A stretch of 64,000 nucleotides of DNA, from NCBI GenBank assembly GCA_041484665.1, contig JBGPIA010000002.1, positions 288,001-352,000 of the forward strand. The letters run 5' to 3'. Shown in pieces: positions 28,330 to 37,736 of the stretch. The notes beneath the pieces were generated by a model that worked only from the letters and a program-made list of their open reading frames with translations, did no database searches and was not told where the DNA came from. Origin of the DNA: Candidatus Krumholzibacteriia bacterium. GTDB taxonomy: Bacteria > Krumholzibacteriota > Krumholzibacteriia > JAJRXK01. A program made the position numbers and the translations under genes. The number at the start of each line of letters is the position of its first letter. Position 1 is the stretch's first letter.

Positions 28330-29971
28330 GGCAGAAGTCGACGTCGATCTCGGCACGGTTGCCTCCTTCGGTGATCTCCAGCGTGCCGTGGCCGCAGCCG
28401 GCGGCATCGACCTCGAGGTGGCCGCGCACGGTGCGCAGGGCATCGACGGCCGTGAAGTCGAGGAGCCGTCCGCCGTCGGCGAGCACTTCGACGTGGAAGT
28501 CGAGGACCGCGCCGCGGTCGTTTTCCACGTGCCCGAGCAGATCGGTGTCGTCAGCATTGGTGCGCAGCGAGACCGCCACGTGGCCATCGCGCCCGTCGTG
28601 CGTGCCGGTGAGAAGCCGGCCGCCGGCATCCGGCTGCACCATCAGATGGTCGTGCTCCACGAAGGCGTCGGCCCAGGTCACGTTCGAGTCGAGCTCGAAG
28701 CCCGAGCCTTCGGCCAGCGTGCGGCCGCCGATCTGCCGGCGCACGGGGTCCTGGCCCTGCGCGTAGCGCGTGTCGAGGCTGAAGGTGCCAGCGCCTCGGT
28801 CGAAGGAGCCGCTGGTGGTCGTGCCATCGCGCTCGGTGGCCGACAGGTCGTAGACCCCAGGCGAACTCTCCTGCAACGTGAGCGCGGCCACCGTGGCGTC
28901 GGCGTACTCGATCCGCCGGCTGAGCTCACCCCCGCCGCCGCATGTCCAATCGGCGGTGTCGAGCCAGCTTTGCAGGGCGCTCTCCTGCGCGAACACGATG
29001 TGGCGCGACAGGTGTCCTCCGCACGGCGTCTGCCCCTCGGCCACGGGCGAGGACGGAACGAGCGACTCCTCCACGCGCGGGCTCCCGCCGCCATGAGCGG
29101 TACCGGTGAAGCGGGTGAGGCGGTCGGCGCGTACGAAGCGATCGTCGCTGGGGTCGGCGAGCTCGTGCACGTCCACCTCCAGCGTGGTCACCACATCGAT
29201 CAGACGTGGGTGACCCGGCCGCGGCAGCCAGGTGGAGACCACGCTGACGCGGTCGCCCGAGCGCAGCCCACCGCTGTTGCGCTCGTCGACGGCGCGGATG
29301 AGTCTCTGCCCGCCGGCGAAGGTCAGCTCGCCGCGGTAGCTCAGCCACACGTCATCGGCGCTGCTCGGCAGGTCCGCGCCGCGGTCCAGCGCGACGGTCT
29401 CCTGCGCGCTGCGCAGCAGCGGGTGCGTGGCGGGCCAGGTCGTGACGAGCTCGATGCGCACGACCGGCGCGGGCGCGTCCTGGTACACGGAGATCTCGCT
29501 GATGGAGCCGTCGAGATTGTGGGAGATGGCGTGGTAGAGCAGGTCGCCGGGCTGTGGGTCGCGCGCGGGCGCGGCGTCCTTGGCCGCCGCGACTTGCAGC
29601 TGCGCCACCTGCGAGCACGCCTGCTGCGTCTGCGCGCTGGCGGACGCCAGCCGCGCGCCAAGGCTGGCTGCGCCTTGCGCGTCTGCTTGCGTGGGCAGCG
29701 CGCCGCCCAGCTCGGTGGCCAGCCCGGCGCTCTGCCCGGCGATGCCCTTGGCAAAGCCACCAGTGAGATCGTTGACGAGCTGCTCGGTGGCCAACAGTTC
29801 GTCGGCTTTGAGCGCCTGCTGGGCGCGCGCCAAGGCGGCGTCCTGCGAGCCTGCGGAGACAGCGCCGGGGCGGCTCGCGTCGTCGCTGCAGCCGCTGGCC
29901 AACAGCGCCAGCGTCAGCGCGGCGGGAACCAGCCCGCGCGGGGGCATTGCGAAGGGAGAGCGTGCGGACAT
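28304..29971 (-). CDS. Uncharacterised lipoprotein (555 aa)
   Basis: ATG at 29971 with AGGAGG RBS. Lipobox LASGC. Coding-like composition, no recognised domain. Confidence 0.75.
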   Translation of the reverse strand: MSARSPFAMPPRGLVPAALTLALLASGCSDDASRPGAVSAGSQDAALARAQQALKADELLATEQLVNDLTGGFAKGIAGQSAGLATELGGALPTQADAQGAASLGARLASASAQTQQACSQVAQLQVAAAKDAAPARDPQPGDLLYHAISHNLDGSISEISVYQDAPAPVVRIELVTTWPATHPLLRSAQETVALDRGADLPSSADDVWLSYRGELTFAGGQRLIRAVDERNSGGLRSGDRVSVVSTWLPRPGHPRLIDVVTTLEVDVHELADPSDDRFVRADRLTRFTGTAHGGGSPRVEESLVPSSPVAEGQTPCGGHLSRHIVFAQESALQSWLDTADWTCGGGGELSRRIEYADATVAALTLQESSPGVYDLSATERDGTTTSGSFDRGAGTFSLDTRYAQGQDPVRRQIGGRTLAEGSGFELDSNVTWADAFVEHDHLMVQPDAGGRLLTGTHDGRDGHVAVSLRTNADDTDLLGHVENDRGAVLDFHVEVLADGGRLLDFTAVDALRTVRGHLEVDAAGCGHGTLEITEGGNRAEIDVDFCHGEPVAQQ

Positions 29972-30047
29972 GGTCGAAACCCTCCTGGGTTGAGGCGTTC
30001 GGGGCGTCCACCCCCAGACCCGGTGCCTGGGCGTACCCCAGCCCATA

Positions 30048-30063
30048 TTCAAGCGCGAGGCCA
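30048..30063 (-). promoter_or_regulatory. Putative sigma54 (-24/-12) promoter
   Basis: Minus strand TGGCCT-CGCGC-TTGAA, with an AT-rich tract (30070-30130) upstream. Confidence 0.45.
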
Positions 30064-30164
30064 TGCACACTCCACTTGAGATGATGCCTGAAAGCTATTC
30101 CACAAAAATCACTTACATCAATTGAATTGGTCGTGGAACCTGGCCATCCAGGTGTGCCAACACG

Positions 30165-31559
30165 TCACGGTGTGTCCGCGGGGCCCGGGATGCGCAGGCC
30201 CAGTGCCCGGATACGCTTGTGCAGATGGGTGCGCTCCAACCCCAGGTCGGCCGCGGCGCGCGTCACGTTTCCGGCGTGCCGCGCGAGTGCGCCGCGGATC
30301 AGATCGCGCTCGAGTGCTTCCTTGGCGTCGCGCAAGGAAAGGTGCGCGTAGCGGCCGTCCCCGGCGGCTGCACATGAAGCGTCGTCGATCAGCGCTTCCC
30401 GCAGCTCAGCGGGCAGATCGGGTGGCCCGATCACTTCGCCAGGCGCCAGGATCACCAGCCGCTCGACCAGATTGATCAGCTCGCGCACGTTGCCCGGCCA
30501 GGCGTACGCGGCCAGCAGCTTCATCGCCGTGGGGCTCACCGTCCTGCCCGGACGATCGTGGCGCGCCCCGAAGCCCTGCAGGAAGCGCTCGACCAAGAGT
30601 GGCACGTCGCCCGCCCGCTCGCGCAGCGATGGCACCCGCAGCGGCACGACGTTGAGCCGGAAGAAGAGGTCCTCGCGGAAGCGACCACGCTCGACCAACG
30701 CGCCCAGGTCTTGGTGGGTCGCCGCCAGCACGCGCACGTCGACCTTGAGGGTCTGCGTGCTGCCCACCGGCTCGAGCTCGCCCTCCTGTAGTACGCGCAG
30801 CACCTTGGCCTGGGCCCGCAGGCTCATCTCGCCGATCTCATCCAGCAGCAGGGTGCCGCCGTCTGCCGCGGCGAAGCGCCCCTGCCGGTCGGCGACCGCG
30901 CCGGTGTACGCGCCCTTCATCGCGCCGAACAGCTCGCCCTCGATGAGCTCGTCGGGGATCGCGGCGCAGTTGACCTTCAAAAACGGCGCGCCGGCGCGGC
31001 TGCTGCCGCGGTGGAGCGCCCGCGCCACGAGCTCCTTGCCTGTCCCGCTCTCGCCCAAGATCAGCACGCGCGCGTCGGTCACGGCGACGCGGGCGATCGC
31101 CTCGCGCAGTGCCGCCATGGCGGGGCTCTCCCCCAGCAGATCGTCGGCGGGCTGCTGCCGCAGCTCCGCATTCTGTGCCCGCAGGCGGGTGCTCTCGGCG
31201 GCGTTGCGCGCCAAGAGCAGGATGCGCTCGCGCGCGAAGGGCTTTTCGAGGAAGTCGAACGCCCCCAGCCGCGTCGCCTCCACGGCACGCTCGACGGTGG
31301 CGTGCCCGCTGATCATGACCACCGCAAGCTGCGGGCGCGCCGCGCGCAATGTGCGCAACGCGGCGATGCCGTCCAGCCCGGGCAGCTGCACGTCGAGGAA
31401 GACGGCATCGACGTCGTGGCCCTGCACGTGGGCAAGAGCCTCCTCCGCGCTGCCCACGCAGGTGACCGAGAACCCCTCCCCGCGCAGGATCAGCTCGAGG
31501 CTGCGGCGGATGTTCAGCTCGTCGTCGACGATGAGGATGCTGGGCGTGTGCGCCTTCAC
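30165..31559 (-). CDS. Sigma54-dependent response regulator (NtrX/NtrC family)
   Basis: Receiver domain (ILIVDDE, FLDV), GESGTGKE, ELFG..KGAYTGA, LLLDEIGE, WPGNVREL and Fis-type HTH. Confidence 0.93.
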   Translation of the reverse strand: MKAHTPSILIVDDELNIRRSLELILRGEGFSVTCVGSAEEALAHVQGHDVDAVFLDVQLPGLDGIAALRTLRAARPQLAVVMISGHATVERAVEATRLGAFDFLEKPFARERILLLARNAAESTRLRAQNAELRQQPADDLLGESPAMAALREAIARVAVTDARVLILGESGTGKELVARALHRGSSRAGAPFLKVNCAAIPDELIEGELFGAMKGAYTGAVADRQGRFAAADGGTLLLDEIGEMSLRAQAKVLRVLQEGELEPVGSTQTLKVDVRVLAATHQDLGALVERGRFREDLFFRLNVVPLRVPSLRERAGDVPLLVERFLQGFGARHDRPGRTVSPTAMKLLAAYAWPGNVRELINLVERLVILAPGEVIGPPDLPAELREALIDDASCAAAGDGRYAHLSLRDAKEALERDLIRGALARHAGNVTRAAADLGLERTHLHKRIRALGLRIPGPADTP

Positions 31560-33121
31560 GTGCCCTCCGGGTTGTTGGGTCCGCCGGGCGGCGCCACCGG
31601 CCAAGCCGAGGGCGGGGCAGCCGCGGTCGGATGGCCCGGCGCGCCCGCGGCGGGGCGCGGCAGCTGCAGCACGAATCGAGCGCCGCCGGCGGCGCCCGCG
31701 GCGGCCGCGATCGAGCCGCCGTGCGCCAGAGCGATCCCCTTCACCAGCGCCAACCCCAGGCCGAGTCCTCCGGCACGCCCGCTGTGGTAGGGCTCGAATA
31801 CGCGCTCGCGCAACGACGGCGGGATGCCCGGGCCATTGTCCTCGATCTCCACGACCACCCAGTCAGAGTCGGCGCGGCTGCGCAGGATCAACCGCGCGTC
31901 CGCGCGGCCGGCCAGCGCGTGGCGGGAGTTGTCGGCCAGGTTCATGAGCAGCTGCCGCAGCAGATCCTCGTCGGCCTCGATCTCGCCCAGGCCCTCCTGC
32001 AGGTCGAGGACCGGGGCGAGGTCGCCGTGCAGCGCGGCCAGGTCCTGCAGCAGCGCGTTGAGATCCAGCGCGCGCGGTCGCGGCTCCACCGGCCGGCTGA
32101 ACTCCCGGAAGCGTGCGACGACGCGCCGCAGGCTGTCCACCTCTTCCACGACGATGCGCGTGCACTCCTGCAGCAGAGCACGGTACTGGGCGTCATCGCC
32201 CGCGTAGCGCGCGCGCATCTCCTCCACGGTGAGCTGGATCGGCGTGAGCGGATTCTTCACTTCGTGGGCGAGGGCGCGCGCCATCTCGCGCCACCCGGCC
32301 ATTGTCTGCAGGTCTGTGAGGCGCCGCCGCTGCGCCGCCAGCGTGCCCACCATGGCATTGAAGCGCTCGGTCAGCCGCCCCACCTCGTCGGGGCGGCCGG
32401 CCGGCACCTGCACTGACCAGTCGCCGCCGGCCACGCGGTCCGTCGCTTTGACCAAGCGAGCCAGCGGCGCGGTCACGCCGCGGCTGAGGGCAACCGCGCT
32501 GGCCAGCGCCAGCAGCAGCGCCAGACCGTAGATGAGCAACAGCGGCGCGAGGAACCCGCGCAGCACGCGCGCGCGCTGCGCGCGCAACCCGCGCGAGAGC
32601 TGCAGTCCGGTGGCGACCTGCGCGGCATCCTGGCGCCAGGCTTCGGGGAGGGCGCGCTCGACCTCGACGCGCCCTCCGCCCGCTACTGGCCAGGCGGCGC
32701 GCACGGTTGCCGGAGGAGCTCCCTCCGCGAGCGCGGCCGCAGCCTTGGGAAGATCACCGGCCTGCACGACCAGAGGCTCCACCGGTCCGGCGGCGCCGTC
32801 GGGCCAGAACAGCACCACACGCTCCTGCGCGGCGCCCGGCGCTGGCCGCAGCGCGCGCAGTGCAGCGGCGGCGGCAGGCGGTGCAGCGCCGGGCGGCACG
32901 CGTGTGGCCCAGGCGCGTGCGACGTCCTGCACCTCCTGCTGGCGGCGTAGCAGATCCTCGCGCACGCCGCGCAGGCCAGCCGACAGGGCAGCGTCCATCT
33001 CGTTGCTCAGCGAGAGCGTCAGACCGCGCCCGATCAGGTCGCGCGTGACCAGCGCCGCCGGAACGGCCGGCAGCACCGCGAGGAGCGCCATCACCAGCGC
33101 CAGGCGCACGCGGACGCTCAC
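31556..33121 (-). CDS. HAMP sensor histidine kinase (NtrY-like)
   Basis: Two TM segments, HAMP (DEVG.L...FN.M), H-box WREMAR.LAHEVKNPLTPI, DNGPG and GLGLAL. Confidence 0.9.
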   Translation of the reverse strand: MSVRVRLALVMALLAVLPAVPAALVTRDLIGRGLTLSLSNEMDAALSAGLRGVREDLLRRQQEVQDVARAWATRVPPGAAPPAAAAALRALRPAPGAAQERVVLFWPDGAAGPVEPLVVQAGDLPKAAAALAEGAPPATVRAAWPVAGGGRVEVERALPEAWRQDAAQVATGLQLSRGLRAQRARVLRGFLAPLLLIYGLALLLALASAVALSRGVTAPLARLVKATDRVAGGDWSVQVPAGRPDEVGRLTERFNAMVGTLAAQRRRLTDLQTMAGWREMARALAHEVKNPLTPIQLTVEEMRARYAGDDAQYRALLQECTRIVVEEVDSLRRVVARFREFSRPVEPRPRALDLNALLQDLAALHGDLAPVLDLQEGLGEIEADEDLLRQLLMNLADNSRHALAGRADARLILRSRADSDWVVVEIEDNGPGIPPSLRERVFEPYHSGRAGGLGLGLALVKGIALAHGGSIAAAAGAAGGARFVLQLPRPAAGAPGHPTAAAPPSAWPVAPPGGPNNPEGT

Positions 33122-33143
33122 GCCTGCACCGTGCGGTCCGGTC

Positions 33144-33818
33144 TCACGGCACCTCCCGTAGGTCCGACCAACGGAACGGGGCGCTCTCGCCCGGCGCGCC
33201 CCGCGGCTGGCGCTGTGCGCCGCCCAGGAAGCGGCCCAGCAGGCCGCCCACGTTGAGCGCGAACTCGTCGCCGGCCTCCCCACTGCTCTGGCGAACGTAG
33301 CGCGAGATCCGCGCCTGGTCGCTGCCGCCCAGCGGCTCGACGGTGATCTCGACCCGCAGCCGGTAACTGCGTGCGGGCTGCAGCCGCGAGAGCGGCAACA
33401 GACGAACGCGCGCCGGGTGGGAGCAGGCGGAGTCGGCCGCGGCGAGCGTCGGCAGGGAGAGCTCGCCCTGCGGACCCGACAGCAGATAGAGGCCGGCCCA
33501 CAGGTCCAGCCGCAGACGCAGCGTGAGCATCACAGTCCCCACGCTGCCGCCACCCTCCTCGCGCACGTCGAAGCGATAGGAGCAGAAACCGGGCAACCCG
33601 CTCTCCACCGTGCTCCGTGTGCGGGCGTCGAGCAGATCCGACGCGCCCACCTCGCAGTACAGCCAGCCCCCGCCACGGAAGACCTCGATGCGTTCAACAC
33701 GCGCGGCGCGCGCGACCGGTACCACGGCTGCCACGGTGAACGCCGCGGCCAAGAGCGCCCGCGCCGACAGCGCCAATGTCTCGGCCAACTTCCCGCGCGC
33801 TGCCGCTCTCGCGGGCAT
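33144..33818 (-). CDS. DUF4390-like periplasmic protein
   Basis: Signal peptide, SGLP, L.LDLW...Y and Y.LRV patterns. Sits directly upstream of an NtrY-like kinase, the usual DUF4390 position. Confidence 0.55.
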   Translation of the reverse strand: MPARAAARGKLAETLALSARALLAAAFTVAAVVPVARAARVERIEVFRGGGWLYCEVGASDLLDARTRSTVESGLPGFCSYRFDVREEGGGSVGTVMLTLRLRLDLWAGLYLLSGPQGELSLPTLAAADSACSHPARVRLLPLSRLQPARSYRLRVEITVEPLGGSDQARISRYVRQSSGEAGDEFALNVGGLLGRFLGGAQRQPRGAPGESAPFRWSDLREVP

Positions 33819-33819
33819 C

Positions 33820-35208
33820 CTAGAACGTGAACCCCAGCGATCCGTGCACCCAGTAGGGATCGCGGGTCGCGGTGTCGGTCAGCGGGATCCCGACGTCCAG
33901 CCCGAAGATCTGCACCCAGGGCACGCGCAGCCGGATCCCGTAGCCCGCGCCCAGCGCAGGGTTCGCGGAGTTGCCGTCACGGTCCCAGTGCTGGCCCCAG
34001 TCTACGAACACGAGGCCCGTGAGCCGTGGGACCGCCGCCGCGCGGCCGGCCAGCGGGCGGCGCAACTCGGCGGATGCGAGCCAGGTTGCCCGCGCGCCCC
34101 GCGGGCCGCTGAGGCTCGCGTCGCGGAATCCGCGCACCGTTCCGATGCCCCCGAACACGAGGCGCTCGTAGTACGGCGCACCCGGGCCGGCCCAAGCGCC
34201 GGCGGCGCGCAGCGCCAGCACCGACCGCCGGGGCAACGGCACGAACGCTCGCAGGTCGGCTTCGGCGCGCCCGAAGCCAGCGCCTCCATCGATGACGGAC
34301 GCGCCAGCGCGGGCCCCCAGCCAGCTGCCCGAGCGCGTGAACGAAGGCGCGTCGCGGTGGTCGGAGGTCAGCTCCAGCCGAGCTCCGACGATCGTCTGGC
34401 GCCCACCCACGAGCGGCAGCAGCGTGCTGGCGCCACGCTCCGCGGTGCCGCCATGCTGCTCCAACGTGGTGTCGGGCTTCACGCCCTCGACTCCGCCCCA
34501 CAGCGTTAGCTGCGAGACCCGCCCCAGGCGGCGCCGCAGGCCCAGCTCCGCGCGGCCGATGGTCAGTTGTTGGCGAAACTCGTCGTTGCCGGCGAACGCG
34601 ATCCAGGTCTGCGAGCCAGCGAATCCGCGCGCGAGCAGGTCGAACGGGCCACCGCCCAGCCCCTCCCGCGCGAAATCGGCGTAGACCCCGCCGGTGCGCA
34701 CCCCCAGGCGCAGGCCTGCCCGCAGGTGACCGGCTCCGCCCAGCGGCGCGGTCCAGCGCACGCCCGCCAGATTGAGGTACCAGCCGTCGAGAGGATCGTG
34801 GCCGAAGCCGGTTTCCAGGCGCGCGTGCCGGTCGAGCTCGGCCTCGACCACCAGCACGACGCTGCCCGGCTGCCCGCCCGGCGTCGTGTAGATGAAGAGC
34901 GAGCGGAAGGCGCCCGAGAGCTCCAGCGCTTCGCGCGCCGACTGCAGCGCGGGCAGGTCGAGCTCCTCGCCGACCCGCAGGGGAAGGAGCCGGCGCACGG
35001 TGCGCTCCTGCGCCCCACCGGACGGGTGCACGTCGATGCGCACCAGCTGCAACGCGCGCGCCTGCGCCACGGCCCGTGGTGGCGCGACGGCGTCCGGCTG
35101 CGCAAAGGCGCGCGGGGGTGCGACGGCGAGCAGCGGTCCCAGCGCCAGCGCCAAGCCCGCGGCGACCGGCCGCAGGCGCGTGCGGATCGGGTGCGGAAGG
35201 CGTGACAT
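33820..35208 (-). CDS. Omp85 (BamA/TamA family) protein with a single POTRA-like domain
   Basis: Signal peptide, short POTRA, GG.GTVRGF lid motif, F.D.G, G.G.G.R and C-terminal FTF. Confidence 0.82.
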   Translation of the reverse strand: MSRLPHPIRTRLRPVAAGLALALGPLLAVAPPRAFAQPDAVAPPRAVAQARALQLVRIDVHPSGGAQERTVRRLLPLRVGEELDLPALQSAREALELSGAFRSLFIYTTPGGQPGSVVLVVEAELDRHARLETGFGHDPLDGWYLNLAGVRWTAPLGGAGHLRAGLRLGVRTGGVYADFAREGLGGGPFDLLARGFAGSQTWIAFAGNDEFRQQLTIGRAELGLRRRLGRVSQLTLWGGVEGVKPDTTLEQHGGTAERGASTLLPLVGGRQTIVGARLELTSDHRDAPSFTRSGSWLGARAGASVIDGGAGFGRAEADLRAFVPLPRRSVLALRAAGAWAGPGAPYYERLVFGGIGTVRGFRDASLSGPRGARATWLASAELRRPLAGRAAAVPRLTGLVFVDWGQHWDRDGNSANPALGAGYGIRLRVPWVQIFGLDVGIPLTDTATRDPYWVHGSLGFTF

Positions 35209-35351
35209 GCCCGCCCAGCCCAACAAGAGCCGTGCCGGGCCGGCGAACGGGAGCGGGTAGCGCAAGCGCTTGCGCGGAGCGACCATGGCGGCGCCGCGGG
35301 CGCGGGGCCGGGGGCCGGCGGCGTGCCGTGGCGTCACGCTGTGCACGGGCG

Positions 35352-35996
35352 TCACGCTCGCGGAGCGGCCCGGGCACGCGCCTGCTGCAGCGCAGCCCGG
35401 TCGTTGACGTTGAGCAGGGCGCCGCGATCGGGCGCCGTCCACGTGCGGAGGAGCCCCGCGGGCAGTTGCGCGAGCGCGCGCTGCAGGCTGGTCTCCCCTT
35501 GCGCCTGCGCGCGCCGCAGGAGGTCGAGCACGGCCGGACGGTAAAGCGCGCACAGCGGCTCCAGTCCGCGCTCGCCTTTGACCACCACCGCCGCCGCGTC
35601 GGGCGCCGTCATGGCATAGTCCAGGAGGCCTTGCAGCAGCGCTGCGTCCAGCAGGGGCAGGTCCGCCGCCAAGGCAAGCAGCGGGCAGTCCAGCAGAGGC
35701 AGCCAATGCAGCAGCGCGCGCAGCGGGCCCTCACGCGGCGGCGGCTCGTGGAGCAGGGTGGCACCGGGCGCGATTGGAGTATGGCAGTCGCCGGGCGCCA
35801 CGGGGACGAACACGGGCGCGCCCAGCGCGGCGGCGACGCGCACGCAGCGCGTCAACAGGGGCTCGCCCGCTAGCTGTACCAGGCGCTTGTCGGGCCCCAG
35901 GCGCGTGCTGGCGCCGGCGGCCAGGACGAGAATGGCGAGCTCCTGCGCGGGATCGGAGGCCGGAATGCCGGCCACAGCGGGCAAGCTGTCGGTCAC
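35352..35996 (-). CDS. mobA: Molybdenum cofactor guanylyltransferase
   Basis: LAAG.S.RLG.DK, GPL, A.DLP, EPLCALY and LNVN motifs. Confidence 0.85.
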   Translation of the reverse strand: MTDSLPAVAGIPASDPAQELAILVLAAGASTRLGPDKRLVQLAGEPLLTRCVRVAAALGAPVFVPVAPGDCHTPIAPGATLLHEPPPREGPLRALLHWLPLLDCPLLALAADLPLLDAALLQGLLDYAMTAPDAAAVVVKGERGLEPLCALYRPAVLDLLRRAQAQGETSLQRALAQLPAGLLRTWTAPDRGALLNVNDRAALQQARARAAPRA

Positions 35997-36400
35997 CGCC
36001 GCCCGTCGTCGAGAACGGGGTGGTCGCGGTAGTAGTCGCGCTCCAGCAACTCGCCGAAATCGCACCGGCCGTCGAAGTCCTCGATGCAGTCGTCCTCGGT
36101 CTTCTTGAGGATGCCCTCTCCGACCAGCTCGAACACGATCTCGCCGAAGTCGCGCGAGGTGTGGATGCCCCACGCATTGAGCACGTGCTTGGCCAGGGGG
36201 CCGAACTCGCCTTTGGCGAATTCCATGATGCCATCCACCAGCTCAGCACCCGAGACGTGCCGGCGCTCGCCCAGCCCGCGGATCGTGAAGTCGAGGCCGC
36301 GCATCACAAAATCATAGGCCTCCAGCCGGTAGCCCCCGCCGCGCGCCAGCCGCTCGATGCGCTGGAGAATCTCCTGCTGCGAAGTGGACTCCTGGCTCAT
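35993..36400 (-). CDS. Minf_1886-like (Verruco/Plancto-restricted family) protein
   Basis: AY.FV..GL, RHVSG.EL, FGPLA..VL..WGI....DFGEIVF.LV and D..EDF motifs. Confidence 0.75.
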   Translation of the reverse strand: MSQESTSQQEILQRIERLARGGGYRLEAYDFVMRGLDFTIRGLGERRHVSGAELVDGIMEFAKGEFGPLAKHVLNAWGIHTSRDFGEIVFELVGEGILKKTEDDCIEDFDGRCDFGELLERDYYRDHPVLDDGRR

Positions 36401-36470
36401 GGCCCTCCGCGGGATCGCCGAAGCGCGACGGTTGGGGATGGAAGGAGGGTGTCGTGCGTCGGTGGGGGAT

Positions 36471-36498
36471 ATTCTAAGACCGCCGGCCACCCTGTCAA
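36471..36498 (-). promoter_or_regulatory. sigma70-type promoter
   Basis: Minus strand TTGACA-N16-TAGAAT. Confidence 0.6.
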
Positions 36499-36578
36499 CC
36501 TGGCCGCCCTGCCCCGCGTGCCTGCGGGCCGTCGCGGGGCCGCTGGCGAGCCCCGCACTAGCAATCCCGGCTCTGGCC

Positions 36579-37736
36579 TCAGGCCGCGCGCGGCGGCACT
36601 CCGCCATCGAGCAGCTCGTCGTACAGCCGAACGTAGGCGTCGATCACGTGGCGCAGGTCGAAGCGCTCGATGGCCGCGGCGCGAGCCCGCTGCCCCATCG
36701 CCATGGCCAGGTCCGGCTCGCGCAGCAGGCGCAGGACGCTGGCCACCTGTCCATCCTCGTCGTGGGGATCGTGCAGGAAGCCGGTGCTCCCGCTCTCGAT
36801 CACCTCCGGCAACCCGCCGCGGTTGCTGGCGACCACGGGGGTCTGGCAGCTCATAGCCTCCAGCGCCACCAGCCCGAAGCTCTCGTGCTCGCTCGGGAGC
36901 AACAGCACGTCGGCCATGGCCAAGATCTCGTGGATGAGCTCCTGGTTGCCCGTGAACACGACGTCGCGGGCCACACCCAGCTGGCGCGCCAGACTCTCGG
37001 AGGGGCCGCGCTCCGGCCCGTCCCCCACGATCACCAGCTTGCACGGCACCTGCTGGCGCACGCGGCTGAAGACGCGCAGCACGGTGGGCAGGTTCTTCAC
37101 CGGCCGCAGGTTGCTCACGTGCATGAGGACCTTCTGTCCGGCGTCGGCGAAGGGGCATTGCGTCTTGAGCTCCGGGCGCGGTGTGAAGGTTTCGGTGTCC
37201 ACGAAGTTGGGGATCACGCCGATCGGCCGGCGGATGTCGAAGATGCGGCGCGTCTCCACCTCCAGGAAGCGGCTCACGGCCGTCACGGCGTCGCTGCGCT
37301 CGATGACGAACTTGGTCAACGCGTAGAAGCTGGGCACCTGTCCCACCAGCGTGATGTCGGTGCCGTGCAGCGTGGTGACGGTAGCGATGCGTCGCGGCAA
37401 GAGCATCTGCTGGGCCAGGAAGCTGCTGGCAGCGTGGGGGATGGCGTAGTGGACGTGCAGCAGGTCCAGCTCGTGGTAGCGCGCCACCTCCGTCATCTTG
37501 GTCGCCAGCGCCAGGCTGTACGGCGTGTGCGGGAAGGGCGTATAGGTGACGACCTCGACTTCGTGGAAGTAGATGTTCGGCGCGAAGGTCGTGAGCCGCG
37601 CCGGGACGGCGTTGCTGATGAAGTGGACCTCGCAACCGCGTTGGGCCAGGTTCACGCCCAGTTCTGTGGCCACGATCCCGCTCCCGCCGATGGTGGCGAA
37701 GCTGGTGATGCCGATGCGCAGCGGACGGGCGGCCAT
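36579..37736 (-). CDS. bshA: N-acetyl-alpha-D-glucosaminyl L-malate synthase
   Basis: GGSG.VATELG, LHVHYAIPHA, TTLHGTDITLVG and ESFGL.ALEAM motifs. Confidence 0.95.
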   Translation of the reverse strand: MAARPLRIGITSFATIGGSGIVATELGVNLAQRGCEVHFISNAVPARLTTFAPNIYFHEVEVVTYTPFPHTPYSLALATKMTEVARYHELDLLHVHYAIPHAASSFLAQQMLLPRRIATVTTLHGTDITLVGQVPSFYALTKFVIERSDAVTAVSRFLEVETRRIFDIRRPIGVIPNFVDTETFTPRPELKTQCPFADAGQKVLMHVSNLRPVKNLPTVLRVFSRVRQQVPCKLVIVGDGPERGPSESLARQLGVARDVVFTGNQELIHEILAMADVLLLPSEHESFGLVALEAMSCQTPVVASNRGGLPEVIESGSTGFLHDPHDEDGQVASVLRLLREPDLAMAMGQRARAAAIERFDLRHVIDAYVRLYDELLDGGVPPRAA

